Source of the DNA: a virus
Reading direction: 5' to 3' (one strand)
Length of the DNA: 64,000 bases
Virus record (IMG/VR): IMGVR_UViG_3300045988_071280
A program made the translations under genes and the position numbers. Every line of letters starts with the position of its first letter. The stretch's first letter is position 1. The notes below the pieces were generated by a model. That model was not told the origin of the DNA. It saw only the letters and a list, made by a program, of their open reading frames with translations, and searched no databases. Below, in pieces: positions 36,434 to 45,071 of this stretch.

Positions 36434-39400
36434 CGTATTTTTCTTATATTTTCATATAAGCCAGACTATATCATTAACTTATATTCTATTACCGTCTATA
36501 AGTTACCTCCCGTTTCCATATTTAACAATATGTACTCTACTCATTTATTCTCTAATATATTTCTTATTAGATATATTTTCGATAGTCGTTGAACTTTGAA
36601 TAAATATTTAAATAATATTTAAGCCTTAGCTGCTGATTAACATGTAGTAATTAATATGGACAATACTATTTAGCCTTCCAGCAATTAGAGAGGTTTAATT
36701 TTTCTACATATCACTATGTAGCGGCGCTAGAGGAGTAGTTAACGCCAATTACATCAGTTTTTATCATATCACAGCCTTTGAATGTCCAAGATTCAATAGC
36801 TGGTTTTCCGTTAGCTAAATCCGGAGTAAGATCTAGAATAAATCCAAATGCTTGATCAGGATATTCTATATTTAAAGCCTTATCCGGCATAAAGGTTATC
36901 GTATTACCTTGATATTCATAGCTAACAAAAGTATTACCTACTTTAATACCATCAACCGTTTCACCTACTTTCTTCTTAACACCAGAAGATTTACTATACA
37001 TCAAAGTAGCAGTAGGAGTCCATTTTCCAATTTCATCCATTAAGTTATCACCAACCTGATTCCAAAGTAAAGAGTTACAGATTAATACATAATCATTGCC
37101 AGTTAAATTCTTTGCCTTAGAGGTTAAGAAACTTAATGCTTCTTTGAAGTGTGAAGTAAGTAATTGATCGAAAGAGATTAAGTATGCGTATCTTTCTATT
37201 TGAGGAATAATTCCATCGCCTATATACACTATTTATACTTTATATTACTATAAAGATTAGACTATATCTTTAACTTATCATTAATTTAAATACTTAAATA
37301 AATATCCTTTACAAGTTTTTCCTCTTCCTTTTAAAACTCTTCCACAACCTGGATATTGCTTACTACATTCTCCTACAGTTTTAAAAGTTTCTAATAATTC
37401 TCCATCTAAAGAATATCTTCCGACCATTCTTCCGGTATGAAGATACTTAGAAGATTCTTTATTTGGCATGGCTGGAATTTTTTCTATACTCCATTGATAA
37501 CCTTGCCAAGTTCTATTTAATTTAATTGCACTACTAATACCCTTTTTTCCTAAAGCTCTTTCAGCTTCTGCAAAAGAACTATATTCATTTAAATATTCCC
37601 CAGAAAGGGAATATTGATATACAGGAGTATTTTTTAATTGCTTACATTTAGCTCTAGAATAATTACCTTCTAATTCGTAAGATACATATTTATTATTTAT
37701 CAAATATCCAGCTTTTATTGCTCTAATAACATTTCCTGTTGCAGAATTTAATTCTTTAGCAGCATCAGTTATAGATTGATAAAATTTTTCATAATTTCCA
37801 TCTTTATCATATTGATAAACAGGAATTTTATGTTGATCAATAATAAAGTCTTTTGGATTTACTGATTTAAATTTTTCAGTTGTCCATAGATATTTAGCAC
37901 AAGGATGTTTTGTCATTATAGCAATACTTAATGTTGTATAATATCTATCTACAGCTCTTGAAGCATCTGCAATAGATTTATATTCATTTATATATTCTCC
38001 TTCTAAAGAATATTGATATACAGCTTTAGCATTTACTCCTCTATCTCCCCCATTTCCTCCTAAAGCAGTGTTATACACATCCTTTCTTTTTAAAAATTCT
38101 TCATTAACAATAATTGATTCTAAATAATAAGCATCTTCTTCATTATCAAAAACTTGGATAGTTTTTCTAATAAAGGCTTTTACTCCATATTTATTAACAG
38201 CAGCTTGAAATACTGTTTTACTGAATTTATATGTAGAAGGTTGATTTATAACAACCCCACATCCTAAATACCCATCAAAAATATCTGGATTTTCGGTTTG
38301 ATGTACTCCCACATATATTTTTTTATTAATTGTGTTAGTAGTTAGATATACTATATATTTCATATTTAAATTTTTATAAGTTAATTCCCATTTCCAGATA
38401 AAATCTGTACTCCTTGCGGATAGTCGTTGAACGTTCCTTTTGCGTTACTCAAAGAGCCTACTTATCAAAAGGCTTCGCTGCTGATTGTCTTTAAGTAGCA
38501 GATTAAAGATATTCCAGCAATTAAAGAATTTAATTTATCATACTGTTTCCAGTATGCGACCCATGTTTAACATAGACGTTTGTTAAAAGTCCCAGGTCTC
38601 TGCGTTTGCGGGTCCACGATTGTAGCTTTCCCGTTGGCATCCACGTTACTGCGTGCCCAAAGATCGTGTTTAGCTTTAACTTCTAAGAAATTCTCAATAA
38701 GAGTCTTTTCCATTGAAGTCATAGTAAACAATTTTTCACTTCCTTTAGTTTCCGTATCACTAATTTTCAAGAATACATCTTCATTAGCTAAATAAGCTTG
38801 AGATGCATCAATATCATTTCTATGTAAAGTCAAGTAATTACGATGAACCTCCATATTAGATTGATATTTTGTAGCGTTAGTACTTTATATCACTATAAAG
38901 ATTAGACTATATCTTAATCTTATTATATAAGATCTTCTCTGCTTCGGAATTAAATATTCCTACTCCATATTGGATAGTCGTTGAACGTTCTATATTGTAT
39001 TTAAATACTCATATAGCTTCGCTGCTGATTGTCTTTAAATAAGATGTTCCAGCAATTCAGAGAATGTTTCAATATTTATTACTAAATAAAGGGGCCTACA
39101 ATTTAACCCAAAGTCGTGATAATCAAACGGATGAGCATTTGATAAGAAGTGAGTAGTCATACCCGGCTGACATGCGGAAGTATCCAAATATGACTGATAA
39201 TCATTATCAATCAATCGAACAGTATATTCATAGAATTTATTACTCCTCCAAATTGGACGAGAAGTAACATAACACTGTTGATGTGATTTATCTATTACAA
39301 AAATATCATGTTTATCATAGTATTTTTCCTTAAACAGCATCTTAATTTCTGTCCCTCCAATTCCATCACCTTCGGGAACAGCGTAAAAAGGAATACGTTT

Positions 39401-40907
39401 AATGAACTATTCTATTTAAAGAATTTAGACTATATCATTTACTTATTTATGATATTTAAAGATATAATCCTTATAATATTTATCACCCATCTGAATATTT
39501 TTTAATTTACTAGATGGGATATTGTATTTTTCTCTTACATCTTTTATACTATCTAAAGTCTCTATATAATTTCCAAATGTATCATATATATCAATCGTTA
39601 TTCCTTTAGAATAATATTTATCCGGAATATTTATTACTTCTGTGGTTGATATATAATAATCCTTATACCATCCATTATTATATAATATCACATTCTTAAT
39701 TTTATTCCAAGAATGGAGCTTTATAACCTTCATCACCATCTTACCCTTAAATTGTCCTATATAAACTCCATCTTTATTATATACATGATATATTAAATTC
39801 TTATAATTTGCTCTAGTTTTTGGAATAAATTCATCAACCAATTTATTAGATATATAATACTTATCTAATACCAAAGATTGATTTTTAATAGCTTTATTTA
39901 TATCTAAATCTCCAAGATATTTAATACATTCATCCTTATCTAAGAACTCATTTAATAATTTCCCTTTTTTAGTATATAAATAAATAGTATTATTTAATTT
40001 ATTTAAAGAATATTTAATAACATCTATCTCCGGTTCTAATGACCAATAGGAATTAAGAAATTTAGATTTATTACTTATCGCGAATTGAAATTTTTTAGGA
40101 GATTCTCCATAAAAATCATATGCTTCTAAGGAATAATTCCATTTCTTCTCTAATTCTCCAGTTGTATTAAATTGATATAAAGGAGATATGTTATTTACAC
40201 TAGAACAATAATTATACGTATGATCGGAATTTAAAAAAGTATCATTAACTAATTCTAATTCCTTTTCATATGCCTCTTCTGGAGTATTAAATATATATAA
40301 TATAGTCCTCTCAAAAGCCTTCGTCCCATATTTTTTAACAGCATATTGGAACGGAGTTTTTGGATACATAAAAGTACTTGGTTGATTTATATAAACTCCA
40401 GATCCTAAATACCCATCAAAAATATCCGGATTTTCGGTTTGATGTATTCCGATATAAATTTTATTTAATTCTCCAACTTTAGATTTTAAATTTTTAGTAA
40501 GATATACAATATATTTCATAAGTAATTCAGTTTTTCAATCTTATTTATAAGATTTACAGGTTTCCCTTAGTCGTTGAACACTACTTTCATCAAAGTCATG
40601 CTGCTGATTGTCTCTAGTAGCAGTAAAGATTCCCAGCAATTTAAAGAATTTATTGTGAACCTCATTGATTCACATCCACGTCCCACTCAATAGCAAAAGC
40701 ATCAATACTCTTACGTCCGGGCTTAGGAATATCTTGATAAACCATATTTTCAATTCTCTCAGTTAAAGCTGATACAGTATGTCCGGGACATAAAGATGCA
40801 GCTAAACCTACTCTATGAGTAATTCGTCCCAAGAATTGGGAGAAATCATGAAAAGTTCTTGAGCCATTCATATTGGCTCGATTTGAAATGTATTCTGCTA
40901 CAAACAT
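36298..40907 (-). CDS. major capsid protein-like gene, split into 5 exons by 4 group I introns (joined CDS 1452 nt, 483 aa)
   Basis: Colinear ORF fragments are separated by spacers carrying group I P/Q/R/S cores. The exon sum 240+301+288+487+136 = 1452 nt gives one open frame. The capsid identity is inferred from size, from the position after portal and an acidic scaffold-like gene, and from the strong terminator; I did not confirm it from motifs. Confidence 0.6.
36434..36741 (-). mobile_element. group I intron 4 (ORF-less, 308 nt)
   Basis: P 36678-36686, Q 36629-36638, R 36583-36594, S 36464-36472 (plus-strand coordinates). P1 is GGCGT|TAAC...GCGCC with a U-G pair. P2 hairpin is CTACATA-GTGA-TATGTAG and P9 hairpin is CTTATAT-GAAA-ATATAAG. 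The intron ends ...ATACG. Confidence 0.75.
36742..37228 (-). CDS. capsid gene exon 4
   Basis: Corresponds to track ORF 36714-37229 minus its intron-encoded tail (NYSSSAAT*). The split codon GT|T joins it to exon 5. Confidence 0.7.
37229..38586 (-). mobile_element. group I intron 3 carrying a GIY-YIG homing endonuclease ORF
   Basis: P 38514-38522, Q 38477-38486, R 38421-38432, S 37260-37268. The HEG lies between R and S (P8 position). P2-like hairpin is CATACTG-GAAA-CAGTATG and P9 is CTTTATA-GTAA-TATAAAG. The intron ends AAATAG. The 5' junction is uncertain by about 3 nt. Confidence 0.7.
37281..38363 (-). CDS. intron-encoded GIY-YIG homing endonuclease with four NUMOD1/IENR1-like repeats
   Basis: KYIVYLTTNTINKKIYVGVHQT is the GIY...YIG motif. 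Four repeats of the type VYQYSLEGEYINEYKSIADASRA follow. The ORF lies inside the intron core. Confidence 0.85.
   Translation of the reverse strand: MKYIVYLTTNTINKKIYVGVHQTENPDIFDGYLGCGVVINQPSTYKFSKTVFQAAVNKYGVKAFIRKTIQVFDNEEDAYYLESIIVNEEFLKRKDVYNTALGGNGGDRGVNAKAVYQYSLEGEYINEYKSIADASRAVDRYYTTLSIAIMTKHPCAKYLWTTEKFKSVNPKDFIIDQHKIPVYQYDKDGNYEKFYQSITDAAKELNSATGNVIRAIKAGYLINNKYVSYELEGNYSRAKCKQLKNTPVYQYSLSGEYLNEYSSFAEAERALGKKGISSAIKLNRTWQGYQWSIEKIPAMPNKESSKYLHTGRMVGRYSLDGELLETFKTVGECSKQYPGCGRVLKGRGKTCKGYLFKYLN
38587..38874 (-). CDS. capsid gene exon 3
   Basis: Track ORF 38567-38854 extended upstream to the 3' splice site (ACG|CT) and trimmed at ...RPGT. Phase is 2+285+1. Confidence 0.65.
38875..39105 (-). 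mobile_element. group I intron 2 (ORF-less, 231 nt)
   Basis: P 39049-39057, Q 39021-39030, R 38975-38986, S 38905-38913. P1 is GGGT|TAAATTGTAG-GCCC with a U-G pair. P9 is CTTTATA-GTGA-TATAAAG. The intron ends CTAACG. The split codon T|CT keeps the frame. Confidence 0.75.
39106..39406 (-). CDS. capsid gene exon 2
   Basis: Track ORF 39035-39340 extended upstream to FIKRIPFYAVPEGDGIGGTEIK and trimmed at ...YHDFG. 301 nt, phase 0 in and phase 1 out. Confidence 0.65.
39407..40667 (-). mobile_element. group I intron 1 carrying a GIY-YIG homing endonuclease ORF
   Basis: P 40633-40641, Q 40600-40609, R 40568-40579, S 39428-39436. P1 is GTGAAT|C-AATGA-GGTTCAC with a U-G pair. The HEG lies between R and S. 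The 3' end is placed after G39407 because it is the only in-frame G after the TAG at 39407-39409. Confidence 0.7.
39443..40519 (-). CDS. intron-encoded GIY-YIG homing endonuclease with NUMOD1/IENR1-like repeats
   Basis: KYIVYLTKN...KIYIGIHQTENPDIFDGYLG. Four degenerate repeats follow (LYQFNTTGELEKKW..., IYLYTKKGKLLNEF...). The stop is 6 nt from the S element. Confidence 0.85.
   Translation of the reverse strand: MKYIVYLTKNLKSKVGELNKIYIGIHQTENPDIFDGYLGSGVYINQPSTFMYPKTPFQYAVKKYGTKAFERTILYIFNTPEEAYEKELELVNDTFLNSDHTYNYCSSVNNISPLYQFNTTGELEKKWNYSLEAYDFYGESPKKFQFAISNKSKFLNSYWSLEPEIDVIKYSLNKLNNTIYLYTKKGKLLNEFLDKDECIKYLGDLDINKAIKNQSLVLDKYYISNKLVDEFIPKTRANYKNLIYHVYNKDGVYIGQFKGKMVMKVIKLHSWNKIKNVILYNNGWYKDYYISTTEVINIPDKYYSKGITIDIYDTFGNYIETLDSIKDVREKYNIPSSKLKNIQMGDKYYKDYIFKYHK
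40668..40907 (-). CDS. capsid gene exon 1
   Basis: Track ORF 40662-40907 trimmed by two codons (Q, stop), which belong to the intron P1 loop. Confidence 0.65.
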
Positions 40908-40925
40908 TTTAAATTAAATTTAGAT

Positions 40926-41993
40926 CTAATCCTTTAGGTTAAGAAAACTTTTTAAATCTGAATTTTCTGTTTTATTATCTTTACCTGTTGATAGATTAGA
41001 TGTGTTATTACTACGTTTTTTATTTTTAAGTTTATTTAATTTCTCTAGTCTATTCTTTAGGTACTCTTCATCGTTAAGTACATTATTATAATGTTCATGG
41101 ATAGCTTCAATTAGTTCATCTCCATGAGTAGCATAAAATGCTAATTTAAATAATGTATCTGGATTATCTAAATCACTTGCAAGTTTTGTCCTTCCCGTAA
41201 TCTGGGGTTTAGTTATATAATCCATTGTACTATCTATATCTGATTCTTCAAGGTCAAAACCTCCAATAGTCTTAATATTTTTTCCAGCCTCTCTAAGAGT
41301 ACCTATTATCTTATTTAATTCTTCCTCAGATAACTGAGAATCTTGTTCTTCTTTCTGTTTAGCTTCGGCAGCTAATCTTTCTTCTTCTGCTTTATATATC
41401 TCACGTAATTTATTAACCTTTTTCTCAAAAGATTCAGAATTTTCTTTAGCTTTATTTACTTCATCAACTAATTCATCTTCTGTTAAAATATCTCCGTAAT
41501 TATTTTTCATATATAAAGCATATATATCCTCATCTGATAATTCATCTACCTTATAAACGGCTCCTTCATTTGCTAAATATTCCTCAATTCCTTTCTGTTT
41601 GTAATAATTTACTAAAGATTCAGAGTTAAGGTTATTTTCACGCATAAATGTAAGAAGATTTATCTCATCGTCGTCTAGGTTATAATCATCTTCTTCTAAA
41701 TTAAGAAGTTCTATTTGTTCTTCTCTACTTAACTCAGTAAATGGGACACTGTGAATTACTCCAGTTTCAGTATCCTCTATTTTTATATTATTAAAATCTA
41801 TTCCTCTAGATTTAAGAACAGACTCTAATAAAGATTGTTCGTCTATAACAAGAGAAGTATTCTCCTTTGTATTAACTTCCTCTTGGGAAGTATCTTTTTT
41901 ATCATCCACATTCTCCTCAGATGATTTTTGAGGAGTAGATTCTTCGTCTAATGAGTTGAAGATATCTAAATCATTTTCATATTCCATATACAA
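40926..41993 (-). CDS. acidic coiled-coil protein, possible scaffolding/head-assembly protein
   Basis: 355 aa, strongly D/E-rich with helical K/E repeats, ending 18 nt upstream of the capsid gene start. The function is inferred from position and composition only. Confidence 0.35.
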   Translation of the reverse strand: MYMEYENDLDIFNSLDEESTPQKSSEENVDDKKDTSQEEVNTKENTSLVIDEQSLLESVLKSRGIDFNNIKIEDTETGVIHSVPFTELSREEQIELLNLEEDDYNLDDDEINLLTFMRENNLNSESLVNYYKQKGIEEYLANEGAVYKVDELSDEDIYALYMKNNYGDILTEDELVDEVNKAKENSESFEKKVNKLREIYKAEEERLAAEAKQKEEQDSQLSEEELNKIIGTLREAGKNIKTIGGFDLEESDIDSTMDYITKPQITGRTKLASDLDNPDTLFKLAFYATHGDELIEAIHEHYNNVLNDEEYLKNRLEKLNKLKNKKRSNNTSNLSTGKDNKTENSDLKSFLNLKD

Positions 41994-41999
41994 TATTTA

Positions 42000-42290
42000 T
42001 TACAGAAGTTCTATATATTCCCCAAACTCTGCTAAAGACTTCTTTCTAATATTAAAAGGAGTAGAGGAAATAGTTTCTTTAAGAGAATTTTTATATTTAT
42101 CATCTAATTCAAATGATTCTGATTCTACATTCTCTTCTAAAATTTTCATAATCTCTAAATCTCTTTTAATTGTAGATAAAGTTAAAGCTTTTTGGCTCGG
42201 AACTTCATAACAAAATAACATCAAACTTACATAATTAGCTGGACGTTGTGCATCCACTTTAATGTCAATAGGCTTATTTTCAATAATCAT
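42000..42290 (-). CDS. hypothetical protein, 96 aa
   Basis: ORF preceded by a TAnnTTTG motif 29 nt upstream. Confidence 0.6.
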   Translation of the reverse strand: MIIENKPIDIKVDAQRPANYVSLMLFCYEVPSQKALTLSTIKRDLEIMKILEENVESESFELDDKYKNSLKETISSTPFNIRKKSLAEFGEYIELL

Positions 42291-42318
42291 AGTTCATTAA
42301 TTTTTAGTTATTCATCCA

Positions 42319-42326
42319 CAAAAGTA
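42319..42326 (-). promoter_or_regulatory. Bacteroidota-type -7 promoter motif candidate (TACTTTTG)
   Basis: Matches TAnnTTTG on the minus strand, 29 nt upstream of the ATG at 42290. The spacing is the same as at 18740-18747. Confidence 0.35.
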
Positions 42327-42365
42327 GATAATATTTGTATGTAATACAATAAATAAATAAAAATT

Positions 42366-42983
42366 TTATTTTTTAATTTTATACGATTGTATCTTTATCT
42401 TATCTTTAAAACAATCAGATGTTGCAGTAATTTTACTAATATAATGATTCCGGAATCCTATTATATTATATCCAAATTCTTTTCTTTTCTTAAAATTATA
42501 CCAATATATAATATCTCTATAGTCTATTATAGTTATATTTATATCAAAATCTAAAGAATCTATAGTAAGATACAATTTCTCATTATTAATTTCTAGAGTT
42601 TCATGTAATGTAATACAATCAATAGATTTAATTATCGGAATACAAGTGTCTTTTATTATTTCAATATTATTTAATATAGTATCTCTAATTACTTTAGTTG
42701 TGTTTATATTAGCTTTAATTACATTGTCTAATTGTTTAATTTTTAAATCTTTTTTCTCTAATTCCGATTTAAGTAAAGAATCCTTTGATAAAATTATTCT
42801 TTTAAATTGTTTCTCTGTTACGATATGTACTTGTTGAAGAGAATCTATTGTACATAATTCTGAGGTATGAATATCTTTTAAATCTCTAATTTCTCTAGAT
42901 TGTTTATCTACCAGTTTTATTAAATATATTAAGGATATGATAAAGATTCCTAATGTAATATATTTAATTAGTATTGTTTTCAT
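42366..42983 (-). CDS. N-terminally membrane-anchored coiled-coil protein (i-spanin-like)
   Basis: N-terminal TM segment ILIKYITLGIFIISLIYLIKLV followed by charged helical sequence. Overlaps the upstream membrane-protein gene by 20 nt. Confidence 0.3.
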   Translation of the reverse strand: MKTILIKYITLGIFIISLIYLIKLVDKQSREIRDLKDIHTSELCTIDSLQQVHIVTEKQFKRIILSKDSLLKSELEKKDLKIKQLDNVIKANINTTKVIRDTILNNIEIIKDTCIPIIKSIDCITLHETLEINNEKLYLTIDSLDFDINITIIDYRDIIYWYNFKKRKEFGYNIIGFRNHYISKITATSDCFKDKIKIQSYKIKK

Positions 42984-43218
42984 TATTATTAGATTTATTT
43001 ATATTCTTTCTCCATATAGATGTAATAGTGTCAGCTCCTAATAGAGTAGTACTACATATGAAGAGCATATCTACTATTTCTGGGGATTCTATCACTTTTA
43101 TTGTGCACCATACACATATAAATAAACAAACTACCCACCCAAAAAATCCACATACTCTCTTAGAACTTAATCCAGAATGAGCTGTGAACATCTTAATAAA
43201 GAAATTATTACAGTTCAT
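42964..43218 (-). CDS. small two-TM membrane protein (holin-like)
   Basis: 84 aa with two hydrophobic segments (VCGFFGWVVCLFICVWCTI; IVDMLFICSTTLLGADTITSIW) and a polar N/K-rich C-terminus. Confidence 0.35.
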   Translation of the reverse strand: MNCNNFFIKMFTAHSGLSSKRVCGFFGWVVCLFICVWCTIKVIESPEIVDMLFICSTTLLGADTITSIWRKNINKSNNNENNTN

Positions 43219-43219
43219 C

Positions 43220-43363
43220 TTATTTATTTAATAAAGTATTTAATTTAGATAGTATAAGAGTTAATAATTCATTATTCTCTTTTACATAATCTAATATACA
43301 TAGTATTTGTTGGGATTGAGGACATTTATCACATCCTTTACATTCCCTTAAAGAATCTTCCAT
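43220..43363 (-). CDS. small Cys-containing protein, 47 aa (not in the ORF track)
   Basis: MEDSLRECKGCDKCPQSQQILCILDYVKENNELLTLILSKLNTLLNK*. The ATG is 4 nt after the upstream stop and the stop is 1 nt before the next ATG. Confidence 0.35.
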   Translation of the reverse strand: MEDSLRECKGCDKCPQSQQILCILDYVKENNELLTLILSKLNTLLNK

Positions 43364-43367
43364 ATTA

Positions 43368-44138
43368 TTAAGCGTCTATTGTTAAATATTCTATAACCAT
43401 TCTAGGATTATTATAATCTATATTAACTTGTATACCTCCAATTTGTAGTCCAGTAGAATCTAATGGAATAGCATTAACATTTCCAAAATCCCATAAAAGT
43501 ACTCTTATACTATTTGATTCATTGATATGATATAACTTATTATTTATATATTCTATTGTGAAAATATTAGCTTCTCCCATATTTCCTCCATATATTATAG
43601 GATGATTAATTGGATCAGCATTTCCATTAACGTCTTGTACTACTATTTTAATTGTTGAGTTAGTAGTATCTGTACTTCTTAATATACTTAAATACTTTTT
43701 ATCATTAGTATCTGATACTAAAAGAGTTAATAAACAATTATAAGAATTTTCAGAACTTCCAATAGCAGTAATAGTATATCTAAAAGAAACTCTCCAATTA
43801 TTTTTTCGATTCTCGAATAGATTAGCTATTAATATAGATGAATAATCTTTCATAAACATAGCTCCATAACTATTATGCTGAATTAATCCTAATTCTTGAA
43901 TAAATGAAGTAACAGAAGATGTAGTTGTATTAGATACTCCATCATATAAAAAAATCTGAGATAATATTTTAATTATATCATTATCTGCTGGAAAATCATA
44001 TAAACTATAACTACTAAGTGGAGTAGGATCGGCTCCAGAAAGAATAGCTCCATCTTTATGTATAAAATTCATATTTGTACTACTAGGAGATCCTAATCTA
44101 TTAGCAGCATCTTTAAGAGTTAAAAAATCCTTACTCAT
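43368..44138 (-). CDS. fibre-tip/receptor-binding candidate, 256 aa, with shared N-terminal motif
   Basis: The N-terminal 55 aa (MSKDFLTLKDAANRLG...ADPTPLSSYSLYDF) are homologous to the N-terminus of the 351-aa ORF at 45591-46646. Confidence 0.55.
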   Translation of the reverse strand: MSKDFLTLKDAANRLGSPSSTNMNFIHKDGAILSGADPTPLSSYSLYDFPADNDIIKILSQIFLYDGVSNTTTSSVTSFIQELGLIQHNSYGAMFMKDYSSILIANLFENRKNNWRVSFRYTITAIGSSENSYNCLLTLLVSDTNDKKYLSILRSTDTTNSTIKIVVQDVNGNADPINHPIIYGGNMGEANIFTIEYINNKLYHINESNSIRVLLWDFGNVNAIPLDSTGLQIGGIQVNIDYNNPRMVIEYLTIDA

Positions 44139-44142
44139 ATTT

Positions 44143-44457
44143 CTAAGTTTTAGTTCCGAATACTATCCAATCTATAGTTTTTGGATCTTTTCCTCCACTA
44201 TACAATTCTATATATGTCTTTGTTACACCCATAACATTACAAGAATATCCAGCTTCGTTATTTCCCCGAAATGAACATACAGCAGTTCTTGGTATATAAT
44301 CTCCTTGTAACGATACTCTAGTTTCAGTATGTCCCTCACATAAAGTACTTCCCATCTCGAATACTAAAGGACCTAATGTCATAACTACATGACCTGGTCT
44401 AGTTATATCATGTTGAGTCTCTAATATATTATCTAATTCCGTTATAAACTCCGCCAT
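44143..44457 (-). CDS. small lectin-like paralogue 3 (104 aa)
   Basis: Starts MAEFITELD. Shares ...NNEAGY...GGKDPKT..W.VFG with the two neighbouring paralogues. Confidence 0.6.
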   Translation of the reverse strand: MAEFITELDNILETQHDITRPGHVVMTLGPLVFEMGSTLCEGHTETRVSLQGDYIPRTAVCSFRGNNEAGYSCNVMGVTKTYIELYSGGKDPKTIDWIVFGTKT

Positions 44458-44774
44458 AATTGATTATTTACTGATAATCCTATTATTAAAAATGTTACAG
44501 TTTTATCATCTTTCCCTCCAAGAGAAAATGTTACTCCTGTAGTATTTAAACTAGATATACTTATAGCATATCCTTGTTCATCATTATTTTTTAATGAAGC
44601 CATTCCGGTAATTATCCCACTAAATCCTTTTAATGGTACAGAAACAACATCATACCCAGGACAAGTAGTAGTTCCATAAGCGATTCGTAGTCCTTTATAA
44701 TTTATATATGTAACAGGATCTACCATTTCCACGGAATAGTCCTCTAAATTATCTTCTGTTAAAAATTCAGCCAT
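44442..44774 (-). CDS. small lectin-like paralogue 2 (110 aa)
   Basis: Starts MAEFLTEDN. Contains ...NNDEQGY...GGKDDKT..FLIIG. Overlaps the next paralogue by 16 nt. Confidence 0.6.
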   Translation of the reverse strand: MAEFLTEDNLEDYSVEMVDPVTYINYKGLRIAYGTTTCPGYDVVSVPLKGFSGIITGMASLKNNDEQGYAISISSLNTTGVTFSLGGKDDKTVTFLIIGLSVNNQLWRSL

Positions 44775-44776
44775 AT

Positions 44777-45070
44777 TTAATCACTTTCTCCTATTATTAA
44801 ATAATAAAATTCTTTAGGATCTTTCCCTCCGAGTATGAAAGTAGCCGAGGTATTAGTATAAGAGGATAAATTTACTGTATAACCTGCTTCATTATTATTT
44901 TTTAAACAACAGAATACTCCATATACTGATTTAAATCCGGAATAAGTAATTGTTATACCTCTACTAGTTATAGAAGAATATCCTCCAACCATTCTGAGTC
45001 CTAAACCTTCAATCCCTCCAGATCCAGTAGAATCTAAAGCTCTATCGTCTACAGTTAGATATTCTGCCAT
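44777..45070 (-). CDS. small lectin-like paralogue 1 (97 aa)
   Basis: Starts MAEYLTVDD. Contains ...NNNEAGY...GGKDPKE.YYLIIG. Confidence 0.6.
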   Translation of the reverse strand: MAEYLTVDDRALDSTGSGGIEGLGLRMVGGYSSITSRGITITYSGFKSVYGVFCCLKNNNEAGYTVNLSSYTNTSATFILGGKDPKEFYYLIIGESD

Positions 45071-45071
45071 A

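Noticed and set aside
36336-36599. Plus-strand 87-aa ORF between the capsid fragments.
   Set aside because: It lies inside group I intron 4 on the opposite strand and also overlaps exon 5. It is a low-complexity translation.
36714-36741. C-terminal tails of the track ORFs, such as NYSSSAAT*, LNCRPLYLVINIETFSELLEHLI*, FNKRLC* and Q*.
   Set aside because: These residues come from read-through into intron P1/P2/P-element sequence. They are not part of the mature protein under the splicing model.
42311-42320. ttcatccaca, a near match to a DnaA box (TTATCCACA), noted because a DnaA domain IV-like protein is encoded at 52037-52297.
   Set aside because: It is a single imperfect occurrence overlapping a promoter-like motif, so there is not enough to claim a binding site.
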